Shown: positions 11,305 through 23,000 of the stretch, one piece after another | How the letters are laid out: the number at the start of each line of letters is the position of its first letter | Position numbering within the stretch: position 1 is the first letter of the stretch | NCBI RefSeq assembly: GCF_033153115.1 | Contig: NW_026889771.1 | Span: 7,006,001 to 7,070,000, forward strand | DNA: 64,000 nt | DNA from: Saccostrea echinata | Taxonomy: Eukaryota | Direction of reading: 5' to 3' | Position numbers and translations under genes: made by a program | Notes under the pieces: generated by a model | Database searches by the model: none | The model's input: the letters and a program-made list of their open reading frames with translations, nothing else | What the model was told of the DNA's origin: nothing

Positions 11305-12876
11305 TCTTCAGAATATGCTTGCTTCCCGGGCCGTGTATTAATTGATGGAACCTGCAAGTCAATCATCACTTCCCCCAGCAGCATGAAGTATGATCTACAT
11401 ATTCGATGTAGTCTTAGAGTATCTTCCTCAACGAACGATATAGAACACGTCTTATCCAAAGTGAGGTCTGCTGTTATGGAAATTTTATCAAATTCCACCT
11501 ACATTTATTATTGTCAGCTTCAAAGATTGCATCTTCTAGCTAATCCACGTGAAATAAAGGTTTATCAGCAAAGGCTATTTCACTTTGAAACGCAAATTAC
11601 GCTTCATTATTTTTTGTTATGTACTAGGAAAATTAAGCCATTTGTTAGAGACACTATAGAAAACAACCTGTTGCAAACTCCTCATATATTGAAGATAAAC
11701 CATACTCTTGATGGCTCTGTTAAAATCTCGTTTGCCTTAAAAGGAATCAGTTTTTGCAATATAAGTAGAACACTAAAAAAGTCGAAATTGATACCAGAAA
11801 ATGACAACCACTTGTTTAAAAATTATTATGAATTGGTTGTTTTCCAACGCCCTGCTGATGGTATAATTGTTAGCAGATTACTAATATGCCTTCAACGCAT
11901 TATTAATGCCGATGATGTGAACTTTGACAGTGATAATTACCGTATCATTGTCAAAGACTCCAATGAATTTTTTTATCTAGGAGAATACATCATGGATTAC
12001 AATGATAAAATTAGAGTCTGCGTCAAATTTCAATCTGCCCCTTTCGTGGCGAAAGATGTTTCTGAGATACTAGAAACCTTGACAAATATCCTCAATGCTA
12101 TCAGTATATTGTCTGTTGTCCTCCTATTAGCCATTTATTTGAAATTCCCTGCTTTGCGCACACTTCCAGGAATGAATATAATGAGTGCATCGTTTTCTCT
12201 CATGTGCATGCAGCTTACATATACGATAGCCAACATACTACATAAAGAAACCCTGTCCTGTCAAATAGCTGGAGTTTTGTTGCATTACTTTTGGTTGTGT
12301 CTGTGTTGTTGCTTATTTATTTGCTGCTTACATATGTTTATTACTTTTAGGAGTAATTACGTAAGTAATTCTACGTATGGTAGCGAAGTTAAAAGGCTTT
12401 TGAAGAAGTATATTTTGTTTACCTATCTGTTTCCGTTTATCGTTGTGTCCATTAACGTATTGTTGTCCTACTATATAGATGGTAGCATTGGTTATGGTAC
12501 CAGGGTGTGTTTTGTTGAACGGTTTTTCCAAAACATCGTCACGTTTATAGCTCCTCTTCTTTTGACTTGCTTTTGCAATGTTTTTATGTTCATTCTCACC
12601 ATCATTAATATAGATTTTGACAAAAATATTCAAAAGTCAAGGGAAAACAGATCAGAACTGGTTATTTTTGCCAAACTCTTTTGTTTGACGGGATCAGTCT
12701 GGATATTGCAGGTTATAGATAGTTTCTTGCAAATTTCATTTTTCTCCTTTCTAGTGACCATTTTGACTTCTTCACAAGGCATTTTCATTTTCTTGAGTTT
12801 TTCCTCCTCTTCATATATCAAGGAATTCTTCAAATCTAATAAAAAGGTTCCAGACAGAAAGCAACAACACAAATAG
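11305..12876 (+). CDS. Class B (Methuselah-like) GPCR, coding exon 2: juxtamembrane region and 7TM; spliced protein about 1260 aa
   Basis: Acceptor TTTTTGTAG| ends at 11304, in phase 0 and in frame with ORF 11383. Seven hydrophobic segments with class B3 hallmarks: LRTLPG before TM2, C..AG.LLHYFWL, GYG..CF, P......N, KLF.LTG..W, SQGIFIF. Confidence 0.92.
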   Translation, partial: SSEYACFPGRVLIDGTCKSIITSPSSMKYDLHIRCSLRVSSSTNDIEHVLSKVRSAVMEILSNSTYIYYCQLQRLHLLANPREIKVYQQRLFHFETQITLHYFLLCTRKIKPFVRDTIENNLLQTPHILKINHTLDGSVKISFALKGISFCNISRTLKKSKLIPENDNHLFKNYYELVVFQRPADGIIVSRLLICLQRIINADDVNFDSDNYRIIVKDSNEFFYLGEYIMDYNDKIRVCVKFQSAPFVAKDVSEILETLTNILNAISILSVVLLLAIYLKFPALRTLPGMNIMSASFSLMCMQLTYTIANILHKETLSCQIAGVLLHYFWLCLCCCLFICCLHMFITFRSNYVSNSTYGSEVKRLLKKYILFTYLFPFIVVSINVLLSYYIDGSIGYGTRVCFVERFFQNIVTFIAPLLLTCFCNVFMFILTIINIDFDKNIQKSRENRSELVIFAKLFCLTGSVWILQVIDSFLQISFFSFLVTILTSSQGIFIFLSFSSSSYIKEFFKSNKKVPDRKQQHK

Positions 12877-12984
12877 TTGTTTAAAATACAACCAAAAGAA
12901 AAAAAATAAATGACTTTTCAAAAAAAAAATCTTCTTTTGCGACATGTATTTCTGATATACAAATATATTCCATATAATAACAGG

Positions 12985-13900
12985 ATTTTGTGTACGACTC
13001 TTCTATTTATCATTTTTGTAAAATTCCCTGCCTTGTGCACACTTCTAGAAATGAATTTGATGAGTACAACGTTTTCTCTTATATGCATGCAGCTTACATA
13101 TACAATAGCCAACATACTACATAAAGAGACCCTGTCCTGTCAAATAGCTGGGGTTTTATTACATTACATTTGGTTGTGATTGTGTTGTTGCCTCTTTATT
13201 TTTGTTGTTGTTGTTTACATTTGTAAATAACACCCACTGGTGCCATTGTTGTTAATTCTCTATCCATGATATGATTAAACATTAAGCTCTCTGTGAAGCA
13301 TGGGTATTTTTTTACAGTGCCTCTGTAAATGTAATGTTATCATGTTATGTCTATCATCATCAATATAGATCTTTACACAAATCTTACTAAATCAAGAGAG
13401 ATCGGGTCAGAATTGGTTAATTTTTTAAGGCTGTTTATCTACCAATCGTCTCTTACAGGATTGTTGTTGCGAAAACTCAGTTGTACAATGGCTATACTTT
13501 GAACATTTGCAGGCATTCCCTTTTAGTGTACATGTATTTATATATACATTACTTCCAAGTATTTTATTGTCATTTTGTTAAAGAGCTTGTTGATATTTGA
13601 AAGATATGTAAAATGAATTTTCAACAAAGTTTTAGTATAAAAATGTTAATAACAGACATCCAAAAATTTCAGCAATTATAGTTTTTCTGCATAAGAGCCT
13701 GTTTGTGCATTGTAATAAATTGCATTCTTAGTATTGTGTTGGAGTATGAAAGAATAATTTTATTTTGTTTATTTGTATATAATACGGAAAGGCAATGCAT
13801 GATTGTGAAGTATTGTTATAAAAGATATCAAATAGATATCAAAAACCCTGTAACCCTGACAAAAACTTAAATAGTTAACAATTTTTATTTCAACTATGTA
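12985..13900 (+). pseudogene. Truncated tandem duplicate of the 7TM region immediately after the GPCR stop codon
   Basis: 13020-13200 is a close copy of 12140-12320 (KFPALCTLLEMN...LHKETLSCQIAGVLLHYIWL then TGA), followed by a decayed TM5-TM6 segment at 13340-13430. Confidence 0.85.
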
Positions 13901-13951
13901 CATAATTTACATATAATTATCTTAAAACTTTTGAATTGTTGCAGGTGACTT

Positions 13952-13954
<3 letters not shown>

Positions 13955-13999
<45 letters not shown>
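13955..13999. repeat. Poly-T run (45 nt)
   Basis: Directly visible. Confidence 0.95.
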
Positions 14000-14000
<1 letters not shown>

Positions 14001-15346
14001 GTGTTTAAAAGATGTATGTATTACCATGTAAAAATTTAAAGGAGTTGTCCACTTAAGTCCCTTTTTTCACCCTTAGTTTACCGGTTAAGTGTTAGCAAAT
14101 GGTATTTTATAAGTTTTTATTGTGTATACCTGAGTGTTTCTATTTAAAATATCGTGTATATATGATGAATAATTTAACATATCCAAAAAATAAGCCAATT
14201 TTTAACACCTATCACACTTAAAAATTCCGGAACATTCCCCCCCCCCCCCCAACCCAACAGACTGCGGTTTCTCAATTACATGAAAATGGGCAAAGACATT
14301 TAAATTAGATACTATAAAAAGAAAATACTTGAAACCGTGAAAGTACACATTGCAGACAAAAATTAAGTAATTTTACAATCAAAATAATAGAACATTGTTT
14401 ATAACTTTGTATCAAAGGTTTTCATATCTTTATTTTTTTCTTTTACATCATATATGATTTATTTACGTTCTTTATTAGGATGGGGGTGTTGCGCTGTTAT
14501 TTATAGGTATTTTCGTACAAAATATTCGTTTTAGTGTGTTTTGGCAAGGTCCATAAAGAGTTAGGAAATAAACAATATTCACCGGAACGAAAATTGCAAG
14601 GTTCAATGAACTACACGATAAAAACAAACAACGGACCTTTAGAGTGAATAAAAAAAAAATATGATTCACAGAGGAAACATTAGCAGAAAGAAACATTGTT
14701 GAACTTTTTCTTGCAAACAATTAAATGTTCAAGCTTTACAATCAATTACAAATAAATTTTTCTATTTACGAATTGTTTGCAATAAACGCTATATAAGAAG
14801 ATGAACGAAACAACTCAAAGCTGACCGATATAAAACTGAGCACGTTTCAACTGCGAATGAGCATTTACTGGAGGCATTTGCCCGTGACGATACAAATCCA
14901 CGTGGCTTGTTGTGATTCTAAGCAGGTCACAATGAGGTTAATCGCATGTAAATGAAGTCTTCGAAGAGATTAAAATTCACAATACTTTTAATTAGAAAGC
15001 ATAGAGAACAAGGTTGTTCAACAAAGATTTTTTCACTGAACCTTTATACATATAATATACATTATATTTCGAACTCGACTCTGAACAAACCTATGTTCGG
15101 TGATTACGAAAGTTTTAAAGTGTGCACCTGTCACTGATTTCTTTTGTTATTCATGAAAATCAAGGGACCCATCTTCAAAACGCAGCTTCTTATGCTGTCT
15201 ATATCTATTGTTTGACATTTTATAAATGTTGACTCAAATAATAAAGATATCAGTTAATAATATAATTTAATTCTTAAGGTTTTTAATATAAGTTCAAAAT
15301 TTGATGAGTAACCAGGGACCACAGATAAGGCTTATTGAGACTTGTT

Positions 15347-15349
<3 letters not shown>

Positions 15350-15428
<79 letters not shown>
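15350..15428. repeat. (TA)n microsatellite
   Basis: Directly visible perfect dinucleotide run. Confidence 0.97.
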
Positions 15429-15430
<2 letters not shown>

Positions 15431-15739
15431 ACTATGATGTGTGTACCATAAGGGAGACGAAAAAGTTAATTAGGAATCAAGATTGAGTTATTTATATTAC
15501 TTTTTAATTTTTAATTTAGCATTCTTTTTTATTAGTCTGTGGCTTTCTTTTGTTCAATGATTTGCTGTTTTTGCATGTAGATAGCGGGTGCCCATGTCCG
15601 TAGGATTATTAATGATAAGATTAAATAAGCATATACATGTATATGTTTACATGTAAAATTGTGACAAAATTTGTTACAGAACCTTTTTTTGGTCCTTTTT
15701 CCAACCTCTTCCTTTATTTTCCTTTTATTGAATGATTTC

Positions 15740-16420
15740 ATGTCATTTCACCATTATAATTATAGGTCTTAATAAACAATTATTATAAAACAAAGAGAGA
15801 ACAGATCAGAATTGTCAAGTACTTTTGTTTATCGAGCGTCACCTTCTGGATTGTTGTAATAAAAACCAAGTGCGCATTTTCTATACGTATGTACATGTAA
15901 TTTGTTCTTATTTTGTTGTGTATAGATATTTTTCAGAATTTCTACTTAAAAGAATGACATGTGCATTTTATTGTCATATTGTTGAAAAGGTTTGTTGGCA
16001 TTTCAATTAAAGGTAATATGTAAAATGAATTTTGACCAATATAAAACGAGGTATAACAACAAAATGCGATCAGTAGGTATACAAAGATTTTTTTTTAAAA
16101 AAATCAACAACAGTCTTGTCAGCATAAGGGTCATATATTTTGATCAACTTATTTTTTTCATTGTACAATCTGTTGTATTGGTATTGTAATAAAGAGGTGA
16201 AAGATGACAGTCGAAAATGCTTGTTTGTATATGATACGCAAAAACAATATACATCACTGTGAAATATTGTTAATTACAAACTTTAAAATTGAGAACTGGT
16301 GCATCTTCGCTAGCCAAGTGTTCGATTCGTTTACAAGGGTATAAGAATCGGACATTTGGCTAGCGAAGATGAAACTGATGTAACACTGTCTAAAACTTAA
16401 ATACTTAACTATAGTTTACT
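15740..16420 (+). pseudogene. Third decayed GPCR TM5-TM6 remnant plus shared downstream flank
   Basis: TTCACCATTATAATTATAGGTCTT...AACAGATCAGAATTG resembles 12596-12660. The downstream flank resembles 13560-13880 and 2040-2280. Confidence 0.6.
16302..16371. mobile_element. 70-bp hairpin MITE
   Basis: 27-bp inverted arms CATCTTCGCTAGCCAAGTGTTCGATTC / GAATCGGACATTTGGCTAGCGAAGATG. Degenerate 9-bp flanking repeat GAACTGGTG / AAACTGATG. Absent from the paralogous flank near 13840. Confidence 0.8.
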
Positions 16421-16623
16421 TCTAAACATCATGACCTTGATTTTCTGAGGCGTTTTGATATTTTGATTTCTTTGATAATTTATTATGGCACTATTTTAGA
16501 AGAAACTCTTTTAAAGTTAAAAAGTTATAATTTTGCAATGAAATAAATAAAGATAAAATGTTTTAATATGCAAAGAGTATTATATATTTCAACAAAAAGA
16601 TTGCTTTTAATGATTTTAGTTAA

Positions 16624-18759
16624 GGGTGAATTCAAAAAAAAATGACCAAACGCATATTTATGAACCCACACTTAAAATACAGGCAATGAAAATAGATTTA
16701 TGTCTTTAGTGTCTAAATACCTGCCAAATATCTTGTTGATATCTCAATTAACAAAAAAATATTGAGCTTTGAATGTGGACTGTAGTAAATTTTGTTTAAT
16801 CAAGTTGTGGTCATTGTTGATGTTTAAAAAAATGTTATACCATGTCAGGAGTGCAACAGAAAAAATGTAGTGTTGCCAAAAAACATTAATCGTAAAATTC
16901 TGAAAGAAAATTAAGACAAAAAAGAATGTTCGAAGTGTAAAACAATAACTGATATACACTTTAAAACTTAAAAATGTAAAATAAATCACAAGCAGCATTA
17001 ATGAGAGTCAAGTATATGTGCATACCCAATAATGTCAGGAGTGCAACATATGATGTTTTACTCCTAAGCATGAAAAAACTATTATCTTTATATGATTTTC
17101 TGATTTTTATTTTGGAAAATAAAGACACAAAGAACATTTTTACCAAATAGATTTATCAATTACAGGATCTGTCTGTGCTTCAGATCTATATTTCTATGGT
17201 CAGGAGTGCAACACATTTTTTTTAAAGATTTAAGTTATGTGACGAAAACACTTCTATTCATGCTTAGAAGTATTCATTAATTAATAATGATCTTTTTGTA
17301 TAATTTAATACTAAATTATTGACAGGTTTTTTTTATTATAATCCTTCCTTTTTCAATTTTATCAATTCAGATGTGTTTTTATCTTTTTTGTGATTTTTTT
17401 AATGAACGTTTAAAGTAAACACACTAAAAATTGTTATAAAATTTAAGTAATTCCTCCTCAACTTTACTGAAACAACAGAACAAGTAATTTTCACTTCACA
17501 ATTCTACTTTAAAGGCTCCAATGCTTTTGGACAGGAGTGCAACAAATATGTTAGAAGTATAAATCATCCAATAAGAATAAAAATAAAGAAAAAATGATGA
17601 GTAGAATTTTTCTGGTGGGTTACTGTGTTTGTCGTCTAAAGGAAAATATGCTATAAAATCTAAATATACATTTAAGCTAGTTTTTTGGCATAAATAGGGA
17701 ATAATTCCAGATAAAATTCGAATTTAAAATACTTTAGTCTGTTTTAATTATGAAGTATTGGACTATAAATATTGCACAATTTCTTTACCACTTGATGTTG
17801 CCAACACCTTAAGATTTTTTGTGTTCTATGGTTTTAATTCTAAATTTTACTGCAGTCAGGAGTGCAACAAAACTGCTTTATAATTATCAGTGCTTTTAAA
17901 CTATCTTTACTAAAAAATAAGTTGAAAAAAATGTTTGATATTATTTGATGTTCATAACACTATGTCTATCAACAAATTACAGAAATTTCATAGTCAATTC
18001 AGGGAATAGTTTTCATCATTTCACATATATTATTAAATACAATTTATATATATTACACTTTGCAAATAATCATGTTTTAAGGTCTTTAAAATATGAAAAA
18101 TCTGCCGTGAACGATGAAAAATATCAAAACGACAAATTGATTTACAAAGTAAGAATGGGTTATTGTGTGTTATAATTTTTAAAACAATGTTAAATAAAAT
18201 ACATATCAGATGTCAGGAGTGCAACACAATAATGTAAAATAGGGTCACTTCAAAATCTTGTATTTTTTGTAAGAGAACTCGTATTTAAAAATTCTTTTTT
18301 GGCTTAGATTTAAAGAACTGACTTGAAAGGACAAAAAAGTGAATTTTGGGGAATGTTATTGCTTCATATTTTTTTCATATTAAAACTTTTCAAACCAGAA
18401 TTGAAAAAGTAATGTATAATAGCAATCAAAAAGCCAATTTTTTGTCACATATACAAGAGAAGATACTCAATCAAGGTCTAGATTTAATCATTTATACCCT
18501 TTTTACAATTTTGAAGCACAAAAAACTATAATTTCTTGTGATTATGTATTTTAGAAAGTCTTTTAAGGTGTAATGATATTTTCTTTTTTACTAGTAAAAA
18601 TTCTGAAACTTTTTAATCCAATTGTCTATTCTATTGCCACTTCAGGATTTTAAACTAGAATGCATGTGCAATATGATGATGTAAGTGAAAAATATGTTAC
18701 AAGTAGTTGAATTTTTCCAAAAAATTTCAGTTTGGTGGTCATTTTTTTTTAATTCACCC
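16624..18759. mobile_element. 2.1-kb non-autonomous Kolobok-like DNA transposon
   Basis: TTAA at 16620-16623 and 18760-18763. About 25-bp TIRs: GGGTGAATTCAAAAAAAAATGACCA / TGGTCATTTTTTTTTAATTCACCC. No credible internal ORF. Six internal CAGGAGTGCAACA motifs. Confidence 0.85.
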
Positions 18760-19230
18760 TTAATGAAAATATAACAAATTGATATCCATATTAATAACAA
18801 CTATGAATTATATTGAAGAAAAAAGATTATTTTCTTTATACACATATAATTTAATTCTGATTACAACGCGGTATTTGATTGGATAAAAAAAATTACTTTA
18901 TATCGTATAAACTGTGTTGCCTATGTCACGTCAAAAACGTATCGATCCGCCTGAATTTAAATTTAAATTTTGTACAATTTGAAGTCATCTTAAAGGCAAT
19001 CATCTACTTTTCTTACACTATATGTATGAAAATTTTAAATTAAGAATTCAATAAAGTCACTTCAAGATGACGGCATTTTAATTATGACGTTAAATACGTC
19101 TCTCCTGTTACGTTTCCATATTATTATAATTTTAAATAGATATTTGAGACATATGAACTCGTTTCATGAAAGTGACACTGTTTTTGGAAAGTGAGGAAGA
19201 TGTAAAAATCGCCTCTTTGAATATGTGGTC

Positions 19231-19715
19231 AGTGAAAACGACTTAATATCTCGTGAAAACGACATATTATCTAAGTCGTTTTCACGAGATAATATGTCGT
19301 TTTTACGAGATAAGTCGTTTTCACGAGATAATATGTCGTTTTCATGAGAAAGTAAGTCGTTTTCACGACAATTCGTCGTTTTTACGAGATAATATCTTTT
19401 TTTCACAACATAATATCTCGTTTTCACGAGATAATATCTGGTGAAAAGGAGAAAACAAGTCGTTTATGTCATTTTCACGAGATGATAAGTCGTTTTCACG
19501 AGATATTTTGTCGTTTTTACGAGATAATATGTCGTTTTCACAACATAATATCTCGTTTTCACGAGATGATAAATCGTTTTCACGACATAATATCTCGTTT
19601 TCACGAGATAGTATCTCGTGAAAAAGAGAAAATAAGTCGTTTTCACTAGATAATATCTTGTTTTCATGACATAATATCTCGTTTTCACGACATAATATGT
19701 CGTCTTCACGAGATA
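19231..19715. repeat. Minisatellite of 19-21-bp units (TCGTTTTCACGAGATAATAT-like) with some inverted units
   Basis: More than 20 units visible. It explains the repetitive ORFs (SRENDIL, KTRYYLV). Confidence 0.92.
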
Positions 19716-19919
19716 AATTTTTCCTGGTACATTTATCTTTAAAAAAAATTACGTGTCCTAAATGTATCACCGTAAATATACGAACAGCTGCCAGAACCTT
19801 CAATGGGAAAGTACACAAAGCGTCCTTATTTCTTAACGAACAGATGATACAATATGTCAATGTGCCAGACTTAACGAGAAGTACGTGAGACGGCAAAAAA
19901 GACAATGTTTAAAAGATAA

Positions 19920-20045
19920 AAACATATCTGCAAGCGTTTAGAAAATAAGTGCGGAAGACCAAGTGGGACAGACTGATATATAGACACGCAGACAGATGAG
20001 GAGGAAACCTACAGTCCCCTCCGGTTTTATGGGCAGGGGACTAAA
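19920..20045 (+). mobile_element. Terminal fragment of the HINE family seen at 2893-3347
   Basis: ATATCTGCAAGCGTTTA...GGACAGAC...GGAAACCT..AGTCCCCTCC matches 3210-3347. Confidence 0.6.
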
Positions 20046-23000
20046 AATAATACATTAAGAGTTAGGGACAAATCAGAACCAAGTTCCGATAATCTCGATC
20101 CTAAATTTTTGTCATATGAGGCGAAGCATATACACAGCTTAAGGGGGAATGCCACACCAAAATTTTATTTTATAGACCTTTAAGACATCCCTGATAATTA
20201 GTGGTTTCAGCATTAAAAGGTCAATATTAGCTCTCAATTATTTAGTAAGAATTTTTTTCCTATTTTTCATAGAAAATGAAAAAAATGTTTTATTTGCTAA
20301 TAAGATGCTTTAGGGTTAAAAATTTGCTGTTAATAAATGCATTCATCCACGTCCTATCAGCATGATCATCATCATCATCATTAAAAACCTAGATGACGTT
20401 TGCGCTCTAGAGCTCGACGCCATGGAAAAACCCTTACCACAAAGAAGGCTTTAGAACCAAACTGTTCTCTACAGTTCTATAAAATTTAGTAATAATGTTG
20501 ATAACTCGGCATTGAGAAAGTTTTTTTTTTGTTTAAAAAATGCGGAATCAACAAGTTCATATTTAAGGGTTTCATCAACAAACAAAAGTAGTACAACTTA
20601 ACATTTAGCATGTTACTGCTCGCCTTTCAATTGTTTTTTTTATTCATTTGGAGTAAACTTCAGTTGAATGAAATGCCCTTTTGCTCCAGAAAAATAGTGT
20701 CCAATGCCTCCTCTGAATTGAAATACCATGTCCATGAGCCATATCTTCACATACAGAATTTACAAAAGAATTTATAGTTAGCTTGTACATTGTATGATAT
20801 GAGATGTTGTTCTTGGTATTTATTGCCATTAAATGATATTAACTATTCTGATTTTGGTATGATAATATCAATTATTTAAATGGGTGCATGATATCATCAA
20901 TTTAATTTGAACATGGTTATCTGGCATAGTTGATCTAAGTGTTCTGTCTAAAAATACAAAGAGATTCAAGGGGGCCTTGACTTGATTTTTCCCACTCTGG
21001 CCTTCAGGCCACAAAAGGGGGTCTTGGACCATGAAATGACCATTTTTGTTCCCATTCATCCTGTTTTTAACCAAAATGGTTTAAACTGGTTCTCATTTCT
21101 AAGAAGAAGCTGAAAATGAGATGATGCACAATGGACAATGGTGACTCAGAAAAGATAACAATAGATCACCTGAGTGACCTAAAAAAAATGTCATTCATAA
21201 TTTAATGCATGCGTTTAATCTAAAACATTAGAAAGTAACACAGACACAAAATGTGGTCATATTCAGCTTAAATAAACCAATGTGGTACTAATAAATAAAC
21301 CAATGTGGTACTGATTTTTGAAACAGTATGACTCTACCAGGCTTGGGTTATATGTAAGGATTTCAAAAGATAAATCCTAATATAAACTTATGCAACAAAG
21401 AAAAAGTCTAAAGCACACAATACAAAAATAACTGATTAAGAAATTGAATTTGAAAATCAAGAATATATTACATGACAATTCTGCTTCCAATGATACATCA
21501 AAATCAGACTCCAATATCGGTCCAATATCTTGTGTCCAAAAAATCCCACTATATGACAATAACATGAAAAAAATTTTATTCGGTATTTACAGACTGTTGC
21601 AATTAGATCACCATGTACATACCAATTTATATCAAAAGTATGTATTGAATGAAAACCATTATTTTGATTTTACATTATAGAGTACAGATTTCAAATGGTG
21701 TTTAAAAAACCAAACTTGGTATACTGAACAAAGAAACTGGCTATTTGAATATAGAGGGAAAAATCCTACTTAAATTAAAAGAAAAAGAACTCAGTTAGTC
21801 ATCTTCATAAATTTTCATTGTTCTTTTAACTTTGATGAAACACTCTAAGAACTACAGAGACATAACAAATGCACAAAAAATGGTACTTCTAGAAAATAAA
21901 TACCTGTATGTGATTGTGACATATATTTACATTTTGTGGTATTCTCTACACAGAATTGTCATACTGGAAATACTTTACAAAGTTGTTCTAAACTGAGGTG
22001 TATAAGACACAAGTTAAATGCAATGGGTAGGCTTATAAAGGTATATGATAAAGTTCACTTGCTAGTTGGAATCAGGGGTGCAAAAACCTTTTTATTTTAG
22101 AATTGATGATAAAGGTATATACAACAGTGTTTCCATACATATTATTGCTTTCCAATTATTCATTCATTCTGAGAAACTTGTGAAAATTACTCTTATCCTA
22201 GAAGTTAGCAGAATTAATCAATGCAAAAGGTTCTACAACAAATAGTGTAAGTACTTTTTGTTCAAACTGCATCTTTGAAAGCAAGGTCCTTGGTCGAAAA
22301 CAAAATACCCAAGACAACACATGGCTATCAAAAAGCAATCAAATTTTCAATTATTTGAATTGGTATTAAAAGATCATCAAAGCAGGATTTAGGAAAACTT
22401 AGAAAATAAATAGGATATAATTTTCCTTTTAAGTTTTTCACAAATTTCATCTTCAATTTATGTCTGTTTTATAAGCAGAAATTTACATTGTCATAAACCA
22501 AACAAAAAATAATACCAATAAATGAAAATAAACACATGATGACACTGCAAGTGCATGTAAAGAAATATTGTTAAAGTATATCATAGTTACAAAAATACTG
22601 ACCCTGTGCTATGTATAAATTGTATAAAAATATAAATCTATAAAAATACTTCACTGCATTTCATGCCATACAATTTTCAAAATTTTGCTTCGTTGTCTTA
22701 AAAAAAGTCCACTGAATGGTTAAACAATATTAATTGATTTGCAGATCATAATGCTCACCTCAGTAACAATTAAAGCACCCTTTCTGGTTCCAAACACTGA
22801 CTTCATAAACACCAATTTAACATAAAAGTTTTTTTGTTATTTGTTTAAAAATGAACCCCTAGCATGACTCCACCCTATATCTGGAGTTATGTTAATAAAA
22901 CTTGAAATGTTGCTACATGGAATTGTTTGGTTCCTAGTTGGAGTTATTATGGGTCTGCTTTAATTTTTACAAGATATTTTTCCTGTTTAAAATGATTCCC

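Noticed and set aside
16843-18226. CRISPR array
   Set aside because: Repeats are only 13-16 bp with 150-345-bp spacers, there are no cas genes, and the context is eukaryotic and inside a TIR element.
19164-19905. Repetitive ORFs (SRENDIL, KTRYYLV)
   Set aside because: Translations of the minisatellite in several frames; no independent coding evidence.
14037-20200. Further TTAA-flanked element starts near 14037 (TTAAAGGAGTTGTCCAC) and 20139 (TTAAGGGGGAATGCCAC)
   Set aside because: No matching opposite TIR found in the window, so boundaries cannot be supported.
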